A DNA stretch of 64,000 nt, taken from the NCBI GenBank assembly GCA_040876265.1, contig JBBDPN010000001.1:118208-182207 (forward strand). Reading direction: 5' to 3'. Under the pieces are notes generated by a model. That model searched no databases. It was not told the origin of the DNA and saw only the letters and a list, made by a program, of their open reading frames with translations. The stretch is from Candidatus Woykebacteria bacterium. GTDB lineage: Bacteria > Patescibacteriota > Microgenomatia > Woykebacterales > RBG-16-39-9b. Position numbers and translations under genes: made by a program. Below are positions 9,558 through 19,985 of the stretch, piece by piece (positions within the stretch are counted from its first letter, which is position 1; every line of letters begins with the position of its first letter).

Positions 9558-9875
9558 CTAATTTTGTTTGCGGAGAAGCTCCATCATTTCACGTAGGGTC
9601 TGGGGTCGCTGCTTTTCCTCTTTCTCTTTACCTTTATCTTCTTTCTTTGCTTTTAGCACTTGCGCGCTGCTAGTAGCTTCTTTTTCCTGTCTTTGGAAAC
9701 GTTCAACTCTTCCTTCGGTGTCAATAAATTTTGCGCTCCCTGTGTAGAAAGGGTGACAATTACTACAAATCTCCACGCGGATTTCCTCCTTGGTGCTACC
9801 AGTGGTAAAGCTGTTACCACAAGCACAGGTTACGCGGGCCTGCTGAAAATATGTTGGGTGAGTATCTGCCTTCAT
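9558..9875 (-). CDS. rpmE: 50S ribosomal protein L31 (Zn-binding form) with C-terminal extension
   Basis: [26 protein letters not shown]. Confidence 0.95.
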   Translation of the reverse strand: MKADTHPTYFQQARVTCACGNSFTTGSTKEEIRVEICSNCHPFYTGSAKFIDTEGRVERFQRQEKEATSSAQVLKAKKEDKGKEKEEKQRPQTLREMMELLRKQN

Positions 9876-9980
9876 GTTAGATCGAAAGTTTATCATAAAA
9901 ATTTGGGTTTAACAAGGATGGGGGCTGGGGTTTCATATGAATTGATTTGGCGCACACTATTGTTATAAAATCAAGTTAAT

Positions 9981-10670
9981 ATGGACAATCTGCCGTCTGC
10001 CCCGGAGGGTACTGAGCCACAAATAGAAGAAGATCACACTTCCGCCGAAACTCCTGTGGAAAGAGAACCGTCCAAGCCTTCTCCAGATGATTACGAGAAA
10101 GAGATGCTTAAAAATATAAATAGCGCCTTTGAGCAGGATGGTGCTGGTACGGAAGCGCATCGAGAAGAGGCTCGGCAGGAAGGGGTAGAAAAGGCAAAGG
10201 AATTACTGAGACCAGAAGAAGCATTAGATCCGACGCAGCCTGTTCCGGGGCGACCAATTCAATCCCAAGCTGATAGGTCTGAGGGTGAGGTAAACGAAGT
10301 AAGAGCAGGGGAGGCGGCAGTACCAGAAATATCGGTAAGAGAGGTGCAGCCATTACCTCCTCGACCAATAGAGAAGCAACCGCCTGTGTTAGCTGAAGAA
10401 GTAATGGAAAGACCACCGTCGCCATCTGTAGATGAGATGCCTGTCGGTCCACCTAGCCCCACCGAACCTCAGCAAGTGGAAATTTCGCAGGACGTACCTT
10501 CACAGATCCAGGAGAGACCACTGCCAGTTGTTGAACCCGCTCCTTCAAGATCAGACCCTTCTCCAGGGAGAGTACCAGCTGCAAAAAGACCAGATTTGGG
10601 TTTGGGTGATTCAGCGCCAACCATGTATAAGGAAAGACAAGAATTAAGGGCCGCGGCTGGCCAAAAGTAA
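9981..10670 (+). CDS. Pro/Glu-rich hypothetical protein, probably disordered
   Basis: 229-aa ORF, 3 nt upstream of the VirD4-like gene. Confidence 0.7.
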   Translation: MDNLPSAPEGTEPQIEEDHTSAETPVEREPSKPSPDDYEKEMLKNINSAFEQDGAGTEAHREEARQEGVEKAKELLRPEEALDPTQPVPGRPIQSQADRSEGEVNEVRAGEAAVPEISVREVQPLPPRPIEKQPPVLAEEVMERPPSPSVDEMPVGPPSPTEPQQVEISQDVPSQIQERPLPVVEPAPSRSDPSPGRVPAAKRPDLGLGDSAPTMYKERQELRAAAGQK

Positions 10671-10673
10671 TAT

Positions 10674-13217
10674 ATGCAACTATTAATTACTATCGTCACT
10701 GTATTTTTCTTTTTTATCTTCTTTTTTATTCTCATCATTGCTCTGGCGATGCTGCTTCGTTTTCGGAACCGAAAAGAAAAATCACTCGAATACACTCAAC
10801 TTGAAGTTAAACTCCCTCGGAACAACGAAATAAAAATAGAGTCAACTGAAAGTTTTTTCACCTCGCTTTACAGTTTGTTTCGGCATGGTGTTCAGGGGTT
10901 TTTATCAGGTCAGGAGCATATCGGTTTTGAGATAGTATCTCAAGGAGGAGTAATAAAATTTTTTGTTACTGCGCCAAATCCACTGCTTTCCTTGGTCGAA
11001 AAGCAAATACATTCTTTTTACCCGGAAGCAGAAATTAATTCGGTGGAGGAATACAACATTTTTCAGCCCGGTCTCTATGTTGATCTGGTCGAACTTTCTT
11101 TACGCTCCCCAGCCTTCCGACCGATAATTCGCTACAACCAATTGAAGGAAGTCGAGACGATGAACGCGATTACGACCGCGATGAGTAAGCTCGATAGTGA
11201 AGAAGCGATGGCGTTACAAATACTTATTTCTCCGGCTGGAATTGGGTGGCAGGGTGCTGGTTTTTCCCAGATACACAAGGCGCAAACAGTTGAGAAAAAG
11301 GGAATAATGACGCCATTTAATTTACCTCCCTCCTACCAACAGCAGCAAGAGGCTCCACCGCAACCGGAAGCGAGAACCGAAAGTATTACTCAGGAACCTT
11401 ACAAAAAAATTGAGGAAAAAGTCTCTAAGCCTGGATTTGAGACGGTAATACGAATTGTGGTTTCAGCGAAAAATAAGCTGACCGCTCTCGCCTACATAGA
11501 AAACATGGTTGGGGCTTTTGGTCAATTTAATGATCCGACCGCCAATGGTTTCAGAAAACGTCGGTTTCCCTGGACTCTCACGAAAGTTCTTTCCTTGCGC
11601 CAATTTATTTATAAAATGATGCCTTTTTGGTTTGGTAAAATGATTTTAAACTCAGAAGAACTAGCAACCATATTTCATTTTCCAAACAAAAACGTGGTAA
11701 CACCAAATATTGATTGGCTGCTTTACAAAAAGGCAGCCGCTCCAAACGTAGTGCCAAAAGAAGGGCTTTATCTTGGAAAAAGCATATTCCGAGGTGTAGA
11801 AACAAAAATCTATATTCAGCCAGATGATCGCCGGCGCCACATGTATATTATTGGGCAAACCGGTACCGGGAAGAGCGAATTTATGAAAATTATGGCGGTC
11901 CAGGATATAAAAGAGGGTAAAGGGGTTTGCTTTATAGATCCTCACGGAGGTGCGATTGAGGATATTTTGTTACAAATTCCACCGGAGCGGGCCGAAGATG
12001 TAATTCTTTTCGACGCTGGTGATACCGAAAGACCTCTTGGGATAAATATTCTAGAAACTCGGACTGAAGAGGGGAAACACCAAATGGTAAACCATTTCAT
12101 CCACCTTCTTTACAAACTTTATGACCCAAAGCGCACCGGTATCATGGGTCCGCGACTCGAGCGAGCAATCCGAAATGTGATGCTCACGGCAATGAGTGAG
12201 CCAGGTAGTACCTTGGTTGAAGTCCTGCGGCTGCTGATCGATCCTCAGTTTGTGAAAGAAACCCTACCAAAAGTTACCGACCCGTTAGTTCGTCGCTACT
12301 GGACTGATGAGGTGGCCCAAACCACCACTTTTCACAAAAGTGAAGTAATGGGTTATTTTGTTTCCAAATTTGATCGTTTTGTGACTGAAAAGCTAATGCG
12401 AAATATTATTGGGCAAAGCAAAAGCGCTTTTGATTTTCGGGACGTGATGGATAGTGGCAAAATTCTCCTTGTTGATCTATCAAAAGGAAAAATAGGCGAG
12501 GAAAATTCTAACTTTCTTGGGCTTGTGCTCGTACCGCGTATTTTGGTTGCGGCGATGAGTAGGGTGGATGTGCCCGAAGAGCAGCGACGAGATTTTCACC
12601 TTTACGTGGATGAGTTTCAAAATTTTGCCACTCCTGATTTTGCCCAGATACTTTCAGAGGCCCGAAAATACCATCTGGATTTGACGGTGGCCAATCAATT
12701 TATCGCCCAAATACAGGAGGAGGGAATACGCGAAGCCGTATTTGGTAACGTGGGTACCCTGATTGCTTTTCGGGTTGGCGTGGACGATGCTAAGTATTTG
12801 GAGTTCCAATTTGATCCGGTATTCAAAAAAGAAGATTTGATCAATAACGCTTTAGGGCACGCCTACGTCCGACTGCTTGTCGACGGGCAGCCCTCGTATC
12901 CATTTTCCATGGCGACAGATTGGGAAATGATGCAGGCGGTTACCAGAAACAAAGAAGTCGCCGAATCTATCGTCGAGCTGTCAAGGCTCAAATACGGTCG
13001 CGATCGGCAAATAGTTGAGGCGGAGATAAACCAACGAGCCGGCCTCGACGAGACGCCCACCACCATGCCAGAACCAGCTAAACCAGTTCCACCCCAAGCT
13101 GCCAAATCCGCCCCGACGCAACAACCGTTGCCGCAAGCCCAACCAGTTCAACAACCCACACCAGCCGTTCAAGAAACTTCCCTTCAACAAAACCTCCAAA
13201 AAACCGGAGGCGGGTAA
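10674..13217 (+). CDS. VirD4/TraD/HerA-like coupling ATPase, paralogue 1
   Basis: N-terminal TM, HMYIIGQTGTGKS Walker A, DPHG, YVDEFQNF Walker B, LSEARKY, Q/P-rich tail. Confidence 0.88.
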   Translation: MQLLITIVTVFFFFIFFFILIIALAMLLRFRNRKEKSLEYTQLEVKLPRNNEIKIESTESFFTSLYSLFRHGVQGFLSGQEHIGFEIVSQGGVIKFFVTAPNPLLSLVEKQIHSFYPEAEINSVEEYNIFQPGLYVDLVELSLRSPAFRPIIRYNQLKEVETMNAITTAMSKLDSEEAMALQILISPAGIGWQGAGFSQIHKAQTVEKKGIMTPFNLPPSYQQQQEAPPQPEARTESITQEPYKKIEEKVSKPGFETVIRIVVSAKNKLTALAYIENMVGAFGQFNDPTANGFRKRRFPWTLTKVLSLRQFIYKMMPFWFGKMILNSEELATIFHFPNKNVVTPNIDWLLYKKAAAPNVVPKEGLYLGKSIFRGVETKIYIQPDDRRRHMYIIGQTGTGKSEFMKIMAVQDIKEGKGVCFIDPHGGAIEDILLQIPPERAEDVILFDAGDTERPLGINILETRTEEGKHQMVNHFIHLLYKLYDPKRTGIMGPRLERAIRNVMLTAMSEPGSTLVEVLRLLIDPQFVKETLPKVTDPLVRRYWTDEVAQTTTFHKSEVMGYFVSKFDRFVTEKLMRNIIGQSKSAFDFRDVMDSGKILLVDLSKGKIGEENSNFLGLVLVPRILVAAMSRVDVPEEQRRDFHLYVDEFQNFATPDFAQILSEARKYHLDLTVANQFIAQIQEEGIREAVFGNVGTLIAFRVGVDDAKYLEFQFDPVFKKEDLINNALGHAYVRLLVDGQPSYPFSMATDWEMMQAVTRNKEVAESIVELSRLKYGRDRQIVEAEINQRAGLDETPTTMPEPAKPVPPQAAKSAPTQQPLPQAQPVQQPTPAVQETSLQQNLQKTGGG

Positions 13218-14068
13218 TGAGTGAAGAAGCCCCTGGTCCAAGTGAAGAAGATTTGAGCCCAAGTGATTTGGAGAGCGACGGGGGAGAGAAAGGCGAATCG
13301 GGATTTGAGGCTAAGAGATTTTTGGATTCTGAGAAGAGCAGGATCTCAGATGAATGGAAAGCGGCTGTAGTCGAGTCGATTGAGCAAAGCAATGAATTTG
13401 GTAAAAACCCATTAAAACCAGTTATTCAGCAATACTACGATGGTTCTTCAGCTTCTCACGCTGTTCAGTGCGCGACCAATAGGGTGGTTTATAGCGGGTT
13501 TATGAGTGAGACACTTCAAGGAGTTCTTGAGTCCGAAGAAAGCGCAGGCGCAGAAAAAGAAATTGCCGCCGAAATACTTCCAGAAGTCGAGTTTCAAAAT
13601 CAGCTGAATTCTACCTTGTCGCAGTTGATGGTTGCCGATCTTTTGACTTACAAACAAGTTCACGACCCCGCTTATCCAGCAGAGAAGAAAATAGGGATTG
13701 TCGATAGCGATCCAAAAAGAGAGCGGGGGAGTTTCCCGATTGTCTCTCGGGAGCTACAAAGACTAAAATCTGACCTTGAAAAGTTACAACCGCAGTTGCG
13801 GGCCAGACTAGAGAGTCTGCACGAAAAATATCCTGATGAATTTTCAGAAAATCCCCAAGTTGCTGAAATCTACGAAAGATTTATAGCTGAGACAAAAAGT
13901 GCAGGCCAGATGGTTGAAGCGGCAGTGCAAGCCAATGATGTTGGCCAAGCCAGCGATCTAGACATAGCAATGAAAAGGCTAGTCGGCCATTTTGCAGATG
14001 GCGCATTTGTCGCCGAAGACGTCGTCAGCGCACATGCTTTAAGAAAAATGAAAGAGGTAGAGAAGTGA
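13217..14068 (+). CDS. Hypothetical acidic helical protein
   Basis: 283-aa ORF with TAATG overlap to the upstream gene. Confidence 0.7.
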   Translation: MSEEAPGPSEEDLSPSDLESDGGEKGESGFEAKRFLDSEKSRISDEWKAAVVESIEQSNEFGKNPLKPVIQQYYDGSSASHAVQCATNRVVYSGFMSETLQGVLESEESAGAEKEIAAEILPEVEFQNQLNSTLSQLMVADLLTYKQVHDPAYPAEKKIGIVDSDPKRERGSFPIVSRELQRLKSDLEKLQPQLRARLESLHEKYPDEFSENPQVAEIYERFIAETKSAGQMVEAAVQANDVGQASDLDIAMKRLVGHFADGAFVAEDVVSAHALRKMKEVEK

Positions 14069-14085
14069 CAGGGCCTGGCCCTGTC
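14067..14085. repeat. REP-like palindrome, copy 2
   Basis: GACAGGGCCTGGCCCTGTC between convergent genes; identical to 59747-59765. Confidence 0.8.
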
Positions 14086-14098
14086 AGGGGTTGGTGGG

Positions 14099-14419
14099 TC
14101 AGGATTTTTTGGAGGAAAGTCTTTGCTGGTGGTACTGCGTGAGAAAGCCAGTGACGAAACTATCTAACATCTCATCGCTTACCGCTGCAACATCTTTATC
14201 AGTTTTTTGTTTATATAATTTTGCTATTTCTACTTTCATTTCTTCGGGAGGGAGAGAATTGAGTCGAGACATTTCTTTTTCATCATTCAATGCGGTAGCA
14301 ACTTCTAGATAGAGTTTTTGTGACAATAAATTATTCAAATTAATTATAAAGGTCCGCGCGTCATCATCTTTGACACCATTTTCTTTGAGAATTTTAATTA
14401 CCTTATTTAAGTCAGCCAT
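14099..14419 (-). CDS. Small helical hypothetical protein
   Basis: 106-aa ORF with GGAGG SD inside the end of the upstream gene. Confidence 0.7.
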   Translation of the reverse strand: MADLNKVIKILKENGVKDDDARTFIINLNNLLSQKLYLEVATALNDEKEMSRLNSLPPEEMKVEIAKLYKQKTDKDVAAVSDEMLDSFVTGFLTQYHQQRLSSKKS

Positions 14420-14425
14420 AGTTTT

Positions 14426-16756
14426 TTAACCTCCTGGTTGTAGTATTCTTCTAGCTTGTTCCAATCCTTCGGGAGTCAAGACATTGAAATTACCACCAGC
14501 TGGTACCCAGTGAAGAGCCTCGGTGAGTTGGTGCATCGCTACTGGGTCACCAGCTTCCGCTTGGGTGACCAAAGTTGCAATCTCTGCTTGAGTAGGGAAG
14601 TCTTCGACGGGTATTCCAGAAGCGGCAACATTGGTATGCATCTCCTGAAGCATATCATAATTGGCTTGGATGTGAGCGCCAAAAAGCTGCGCATTATCCG
14701 GGCCCCAGTCGATACTATGACCAGAATTGGCGAGTAATTCACCAACAGTAGTTCCTTGAGGTATTTCGACAGATTGGGCAAATTCTGGATTTGCTAGTAC
14801 CTCTGAGAGTGTTGGTGCTTCTGCCACAGGTGGTTGGTCAACACCAGTGGGTACTTCTTCTCCTGGTGTTACCACATCTCCTGGTTCAGGCTCGGGTGTT
14901 GGTGTAGGTGTTGGTGTCTCTTCCGGTACTGGAACTGGTTCAGGAGTTGGGGTTTCAGTGGGTACGGCAGCTTCTTCACCAGGTCCAACTGGACCGTGCT
15001 GCTCGCCAGGACCATGAACATGGGCAGCGTCGCCACCTCCACGGGTTGCATCAAACAGGTCCCAGCCTAGGGAACCCAAACTAGTAATCATTGAAATACC
15101 TCGCATACCGGCAGTAAAACTTCTTAATACGTTGTTATAATTTGCAAATCGGGTGTTCAGTGTTTCGAGGAGACTTATTTGAGCTGCTCGGGAGAGATCC
15201 GTGGCCCAGTTTTCGGCTTGTCCTTTCTTAAGCAGAGATTGTCTGGTTACCTCATTCATAGTCGCGTCGTATCTATCTAGCTCCCCACTTTCTTTGTATT
15301 TCAAAGCCTCTTCAGATCTTTTGACAAGGATCTCGACTTTTGACTCATCCTCGATACCAGCTCTGTCTCTAAATATTTTCCTCATGTTGCTTAGTCGAAA
15401 CTTGTCAATAATACTGCTACCGACCCGACTCAAACCAACACCAACTAACGAGCGTAAAAACCTGCTGGCAAATATACCAGAGCCAGGAAGGAGAAGGGTT
15501 GGTAGGACAGTGGTTACGCCACCAACGGCTCCGCCGGTTAGCCACGCAGCCAAATTTTTGTCACTTAAGTTAATATTATCCAGCGCGGCTCTACCTTGAT
15601 TTAAAAGAAGTCTGCCGACAGGAGTTTTCTCAATACCTTCCTTTAGAGCTGCTCTTTTCTTGTCCAGAGCGCTTTCCTCGCGTTTCTCAGGTTTTTCTTG
15701 GAAACGCTCATGAGCCCGTGCCCTTTTTTGTCTTTCCTTTTCAGCCCTGGTCTCCTCTTTACTGAGTACTTTATCCTCTTGTTTCGACTCTTCTTGAATA
15801 GTTTTTTGCTCAGCCGCACCTTTATAACGATCAGCCATTGCTTGAGCAAGCATATTTTGTGTTTCAAAACTATCTTTATGGTATGTTTGGCCGTTCTCAT
15901 CTTGCAGTGTGAAAAGTTCGCGGTGGGGAGGTACATCTTCTGTTTCTCGTCTCAAGATTGTGTAAGTGTGATGACCAACAGTAAAACTGTTTACCTTACC
16001 TTCCTCGGTTCCCAGCTGGTCAAAAGTATTTTGGACTTGTTGTCGAGTACTTTCATCATAAAGTTCTGGGCGCTGACCACTCAGCAGCCCTCTTAATCTC
16101 GTACCGATCCTGCTGGCCCATTCCTGAAATGCAGATTGGTTTGCTGGTACTTCTTGGTCGGTAACTATGTGGCCTTGAGCCTTACCTACCAGATCCTCTA
16201 CAGCCTGTTGCGGACCCTCAGGTTCTTCAGGGACCTTTTCAGTTGGTTCTTCTGGGGGTGGGGGAGGGCTTGGTGCACCTTCATCACCCTCAGGTTGTGA
16301 CTCTACTGGTGGGGAGGCATCTTCTGGTGCTGGCATCGGCGGCAATTCCTCTTCAGCTTTTTCTGTTGGATACTCGATCTCATCCAAGGGGACCCCAGCA
16401 TCAGATCCTCCAACACTTATATAATGTCGGCCCTCTTTTTCGCCGAGGTATCCAAGTACTGTGATCGGTTGATCGGTGTCTTTGTTTTTCCAGGTAGCTT
16501 CGCCTAGTTTGATATCAGGTGGTTGTTCTGCTTGTGCACCAGGACCATTTGCCCTCAAATCTTCAAGTTGCTCACGAGAAGCGGCAGGTTCGCCGTCGTG
16601 TCCTTCTTCAGACCCGTCTTTTTTCCTGCCTTTATCTGGGGGTTTTCTGCCGGGAGAAGCTTCAAATTGGATATTTTGATCCTCTGGGTCGTTATCGACC
16701 GCACTGTCTAGCGATTCGTCTTGAGGAAGTTCTGGGCCGGTTTCTGGTAGCATCAA
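14426..16756 (-). CDS. Large hypothetical protein: acidic/Pro-rich N-terminus, central Gly-rich hydrophobic hairpin, PT/PE linker, possible LysM-like C-terminal domain
   Basis: 776-aa ORF with compositional segments visible in the translation. Confidence 0.75.
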   Translation of the reverse strand: MMLPETGPELPQDESLDSAVDNDPEDQNIQFEASPGRKPPDKGRKKDGSEEGHDGEPAASREQLEDLRANGPGAQAEQPPDIKLGEATWKNKDTDQPITVLGYLGEKEGRHYISVGGSDAGVPLDEIEYPTEKAEEELPPMPAPEDASPPVESQPEGDEGAPSPPPPPEEPTEKVPEEPEGPQQAVEDLVGKAQGHIVTDQEVPANQSAFQEWASRIGTRLRGLLSGQRPELYDESTRQQVQNTFDQLGTEEGKVNSFTVGHHTYTILRRETEDVPPHRELFTLQDENGQTYHKDSFETQNMLAQAMADRYKGAAEQKTIQEESKQEDKVLSKEETRAEKERQKRARAHERFQEKPEKREESALDKKRAALKEGIEKTPVGRLLLNQGRAALDNINLSDKNLAAWLTGGAVGGVTTVLPTLLLPGSGIFASRFLRSLVGVGLSRVGSSIIDKFRLSNMRKIFRDRAGIEDESKVEILVKRSEEALKYKESGELDRYDATMNEVTRQSLLKKGQAENWATDLSRAAQISLLETLNTRFANYNNVLRSFTAGMRGISMITSLGSLGWDLFDATRGGGDAAHVHGPGEQHGPVGPGEEAAVPTETPTPEPVPVPEETPTPTPTPEPEPGDVVTPGEEVPTGVDQPPVAEAPTLSEVLANPEFAQSVEIPQGTTVGELLANSGHSIDWGPDNAQLFGAHIQANYDMLQEMHTNVAASGIPVEDFPTQAEIATLVTQAEAGDPVAMHQLTEALHWVPAGGNFNVLTPEGLEQARRILQPGG

Positions 16757-16776
16757 CTACAATTATATAAAGTAAC

Positions 16777-17988
16777 TCACTTACTAGTCAATTTTCGCAG
16801 GAGTTCACTCTCTTTGATGGTTTCTTGCTTACCGGTAGAAAGATCCTTAATAGTAACTAGGCCACTTTTTACTTCATTTGGGCCGAGAATAGCGGTGTAG
16901 GGTATCTTTTTATTATCGGCGTATTTTAGTTGTTTATCGAGTTTTTCGTCAGGTTCCAAATAAATTTCGGCACTTACACCTCGGCTGCGTAACCGCGATA
17001 CAAGAGCAAGAGAGTCGTTCAAAAGATTTTCCTTAAAAATAGTAACTAGTATTTGAGTGGACGGGGAGTAATTTGGTAATAGCTTCTGCTCGTCGGCTGC
17101 CTCTATTAGCCGATCAAAGCCGAATGAAAATCCAACCGCTGGCGTTTTACTACCAGTAAATTTACCGATCAGATCATCATAGCGACCACCACCTCCGACA
17201 GAGCCACCGGTGTAACCTTCGACTTCCATTTCAAAGATCAAGCCTGTGTAGTAGTCAAGGCCTCGAGCAAGAGTAGGATCAAAAGCATAAGTATCTTTGT
17301 CCATTTTTGAGTCCTCTAGGTATCCAAAAACCTTCTCTACGTTTTTAGTTGGGGAAGAATCTTTTATTCTTTTCAAGAGCGCTTTTGCTTCACGAGCGTC
17401 ATAGCCGGTCCTTTTGAGCTGTTCGATCACCCCTACCTCACCCACCTTTTGTATCTTATCTAATATTCTTACCACTTCTACCGGCAGAGAGCGGAAAGTA
17501 TCACGATCATTTATTTTCATAACGAAATTTTTGAACCCAATGTTTTGCATTGAGACAATTGCTCCTTTCACGATTTCGGCATCGGCTAATAGGGAAGAGG
17601 TACCAATGGTGTCAAAATCTACTTGTAGGAATTCCCTAAAACGCCCCCTCTGAGGATTTTCTGCTCGCCAGACCGGTTGGATTTGATAGCGGTTAAACGG
17701 TTTTTGCAGAGATGGGTATTGTGTGATCAGACGGGCCAACGGGACGGTTTGATCAAACCTCAAGGCGACTTGCCGGCCGCCGCGATCGGTAAATTCGAAA
17801 ATAAGTTTTTCTTCCTCGCCGTACTTGCCACGCAGTGTCTCGGCAAATTCAATAGCCGAAGTTTCAAGTGGTTCAAAACCAAATTTTTCCAGGGAAGACT
17901 TTACTTTTTCCAGAACAAAAATCCGCAGTTTTGCATCCTGCGGTAAAAAATCCCTAAAACCTTTTGGTGTGGCAACTTTTACTGCCAT
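16777..17988 (-). CDS. hisS: Histidine--tRNA ligase
   Basis: PKGFRD, LRFDQTVP, RAENPQRGRFREF, RGLDYYTG, GGGRYD. Confidence 0.97.
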   Translation of the reverse strand: MAVKVATPKGFRDFLPQDAKLRIFVLEKVKSSLEKFGFEPLETSAIEFAETLRGKYGEEEKLIFEFTDRGGRQVALRFDQTVPLARLITQYPSLQKPFNRYQIQPVWRAENPQRGRFREFLQVDFDTIGTSSLLADAEIVKGAIVSMQNIGFKNFVMKINDRDTFRSLPVEVVRILDKIQKVGEVGVIEQLKRTGYDAREAKALLKRIKDSSPTKNVEKVFGYLEDSKMDKDTYAFDPTLARGLDYYTGLIFEMEVEGYTGGSVGGGGRYDDLIGKFTGSKTPAVGFSFGFDRLIEAADEQKLLPNYSPSTQILVTIFKENLLNDSLALVSRLRSRGVSAEIYLEPDEKLDKQLKYADNKKIPYTAILGPNEVKSGLVTIKDLSTGKQETIKESELLRKLTSK

Positions 17989-18040
17989 ATGAAGAACATT
18001 CTAACACAGCTTTAAGGCTAATTTCTACTCAGAAAAGGTG

Positions 18041-19141
18041 TTATTGGTTTGCCGAGGGGGTAGCAGAGCTGGTTGATTCTGTTGGTTTTGAAATTTCACG
18101 TTTTGCGATAGCGATAAAGACTTTAGTTGCGGTCATTTGCCCTTTTGTATCTACGCTGCCAACCGCAACAATTACATCGCCCACTTTGATGTCGGTAATA
18201 GTTGCAGCATTTTCTTGACCCTTGGTTTCTATACTTACATTCTTTGCAGCGACGACAGAAAATTCTCTATCGGTTTGAACAAGGTGAGTGAGGGTTATAG
18301 AGTTTCCATCGATCTCCTTAACATTTCCCAAGACCGCGTGTCTTTTAGCTAGTGCTTTCTTCACGACAACAACAAATTTCGCGGTTCCACTTGTATCGTC
18401 GTTGCTTATACCGACGACAGAAATTTTATCTCCAGCTCTTAAATTTTCTAAAGCTACCGTGGATTTTCCTTTGGTAGATATGGAGAGGAACTTGGTGAAA
18501 TCGTCCGTAAAGATGTTTTTTATGTCCCCTTGGGCCGTTTCTATAGTAAGAGTAGAGGAGCCTAATGCGGTGAGGGTTCCAAAGACGTGGGTTTTCTTGA
18601 AAGTGGTAGCGGCTTTTTTAAGTTCGGACGATTGTGTTGCGAGTTTATCCTTCAAGTCCTCAATTCGCTCTTTGTTTTTCTCCACAACATCAGTGGTTTC
18701 GGCGGCGACCAGCACTCGTCTGGCTGCAATTATTTCTTGAAGATAAAGCACATTTACCGTTGCTTGGGAACTTTCACCAGTCTTTTCATCAAAGGCGTAA
18801 ATGCTAACCTGTGTCTCACCTTCAGCTAAGTTTATTTTTGCTTCAAACCGGCCGCCTTTTGTCTCGGCGATTACATCTTCTTTGCCGCCGGTGATCGCCA
18901 CCACTGCGTCTTTTCCAGTTGTGCCCTCTACACTGATACTGCTTTCGTCAGTAACAACACCATCGGCTGGGGAGGTGATATTTAACAGGATGCCGGCGAT
19001 TTCAACGGTCGGAGCCTTTGCATCCTGACTATCTTTGGAAAAATTCTTAGCGATCATCAATATGCCAACCAAAAGAGTAATGAGTAGGAAAACAATGAAA
19101 ATTATAAGAAGCTTGGAAATGCCTTTTTGGCGTTCTGACAT
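18041..19141 (-). CDS. Membrane-anchored protein with an Ig-like domain and repeated OB-like (DUF5666-type) domains
   Basis: N-terminal TM; ITSPADG...SVEGTT Ig motif; repeated 'D(I/L)KVGD.(I/V)...G' units. Confidence 0.65.
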   Translation of the reverse strand: MSERQKGISKLLIIFIVFLLITLLVGILMIAKNFSKDSQDAKAPTVEIAGILLNITSPADGVVTDESSISVEGTTGKDAVVAITGGKEDVIAETKGGRFEAKINLAEGETQVSIYAFDEKTGESSQATVNVLYLQEIIAARRVLVAAETTDVVEKNKERIEDLKDKLATQSSELKKAATTFKKTHVFGTLTALGSSTLTIETAQGDIKNIFTDDFTKFLSISTKGKSTVALENLRAGDKISVVGISNDDTSGTAKFVVVVKKALAKRHAVLGNVKEIDGNSITLTHLVQTDREFSVVAAKNVSIETKGQENAATITDIKVGDVIVAVGSVDTKGQMTATKVFIAIAKREISKPTESTSSATPSANQ

Positions 19142-19302
19142 AGGAAACTTTACTATCTTAACTAGTATTTGTAGTCTAGTCAAGTGAGCTTGTCAGTCGA
19201 AAATTTCTATGCTAGTATCGTTCTACCCATAAGTTATAACTTGTAAGTTTTGAAGTCTTGAGATATCTTAAATCTTACATCTTAGAACTTAGATCTGAAA
19301 AA

Positions 19303-19962
19303 ATGGATATAACTTTTCTAGATAACTCTTCATTTAGGATCAAGGGGAAAACAGCCGTTGTAATCTTGGATCCTTACGAGGATTTAAACGGTAAAAAATT
19401 TCCCAAACAAACCGCCGATATAGTGACGGTTAGTCACGATCACGAGGGTCATAACGCTTACCTTTCTGTGGATGGGGATCCAATTGTGCTTACAGGACCA
19501 GGGGAGTACGAGATAAAAGAAATAAAAGCAGTGGGTGTTCCTTCTTTTCATGACGAAAAGGAGGGTAAGAGCCATGGGAAGAACACCATCTTCAACATGA
19601 AGATAGACGGGCTCTCGGTTTGCCATCTGGGTAGTTTTGGACAAGGAGAGCTCACAACAAGCCAGATGGAAACAATCGGCAATGTTGATATTTTACTTAT
19701 TCCAACTGGTGGGGTGGATACTATGGATGCAGCAACTGCGACAAAAATAATTTCCGAGCTGGAACCGAAGATTGTTATCCCAATGCATTACTTGGAAGCT
19801 GTTGGACAAAAGAATAAGGTCGGGCGAGCGGAACTTGAACCAGTCGAGAATTTCCTAAAAGAGATGGGGTCGGAAAAAGCGCAACCACAAGACAAGCTGA
19901 CTATTTCTAAGGAAAAATTACCAGAAGAGTTGCAAGTGGTGCTATTACAAGGCAAAGGCTAA
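19303..19962 (+). CDS. MBL-fold metallo-hydrolase
   Basis: SFRIKG, VSHDHEGH, GPGEYE, IPMHY. Confidence 0.85.
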   Translation: MDITFLDNSSFRIKGKTAVVILDPYEDLNGKKFPKQTADIVTVSHDHEGHNAYLSVDGDPIVLTGPGEYEIKEIKAVGVPSFHDEKEGKSHGKNTIFNMKIDGLSVCHLGSFGQGELTTSQMETIGNVDILLIPTGGVDTMDAATATKIISELEPKIVIPMHYLEAVGQKNKVGRAELEPVENFLKEMGSEKAQPQDKLTISKEKLPEELQVVLLQGKG

Positions 19963-19985
19963 TAGAAGTCGGGGATTTGTAAGCT

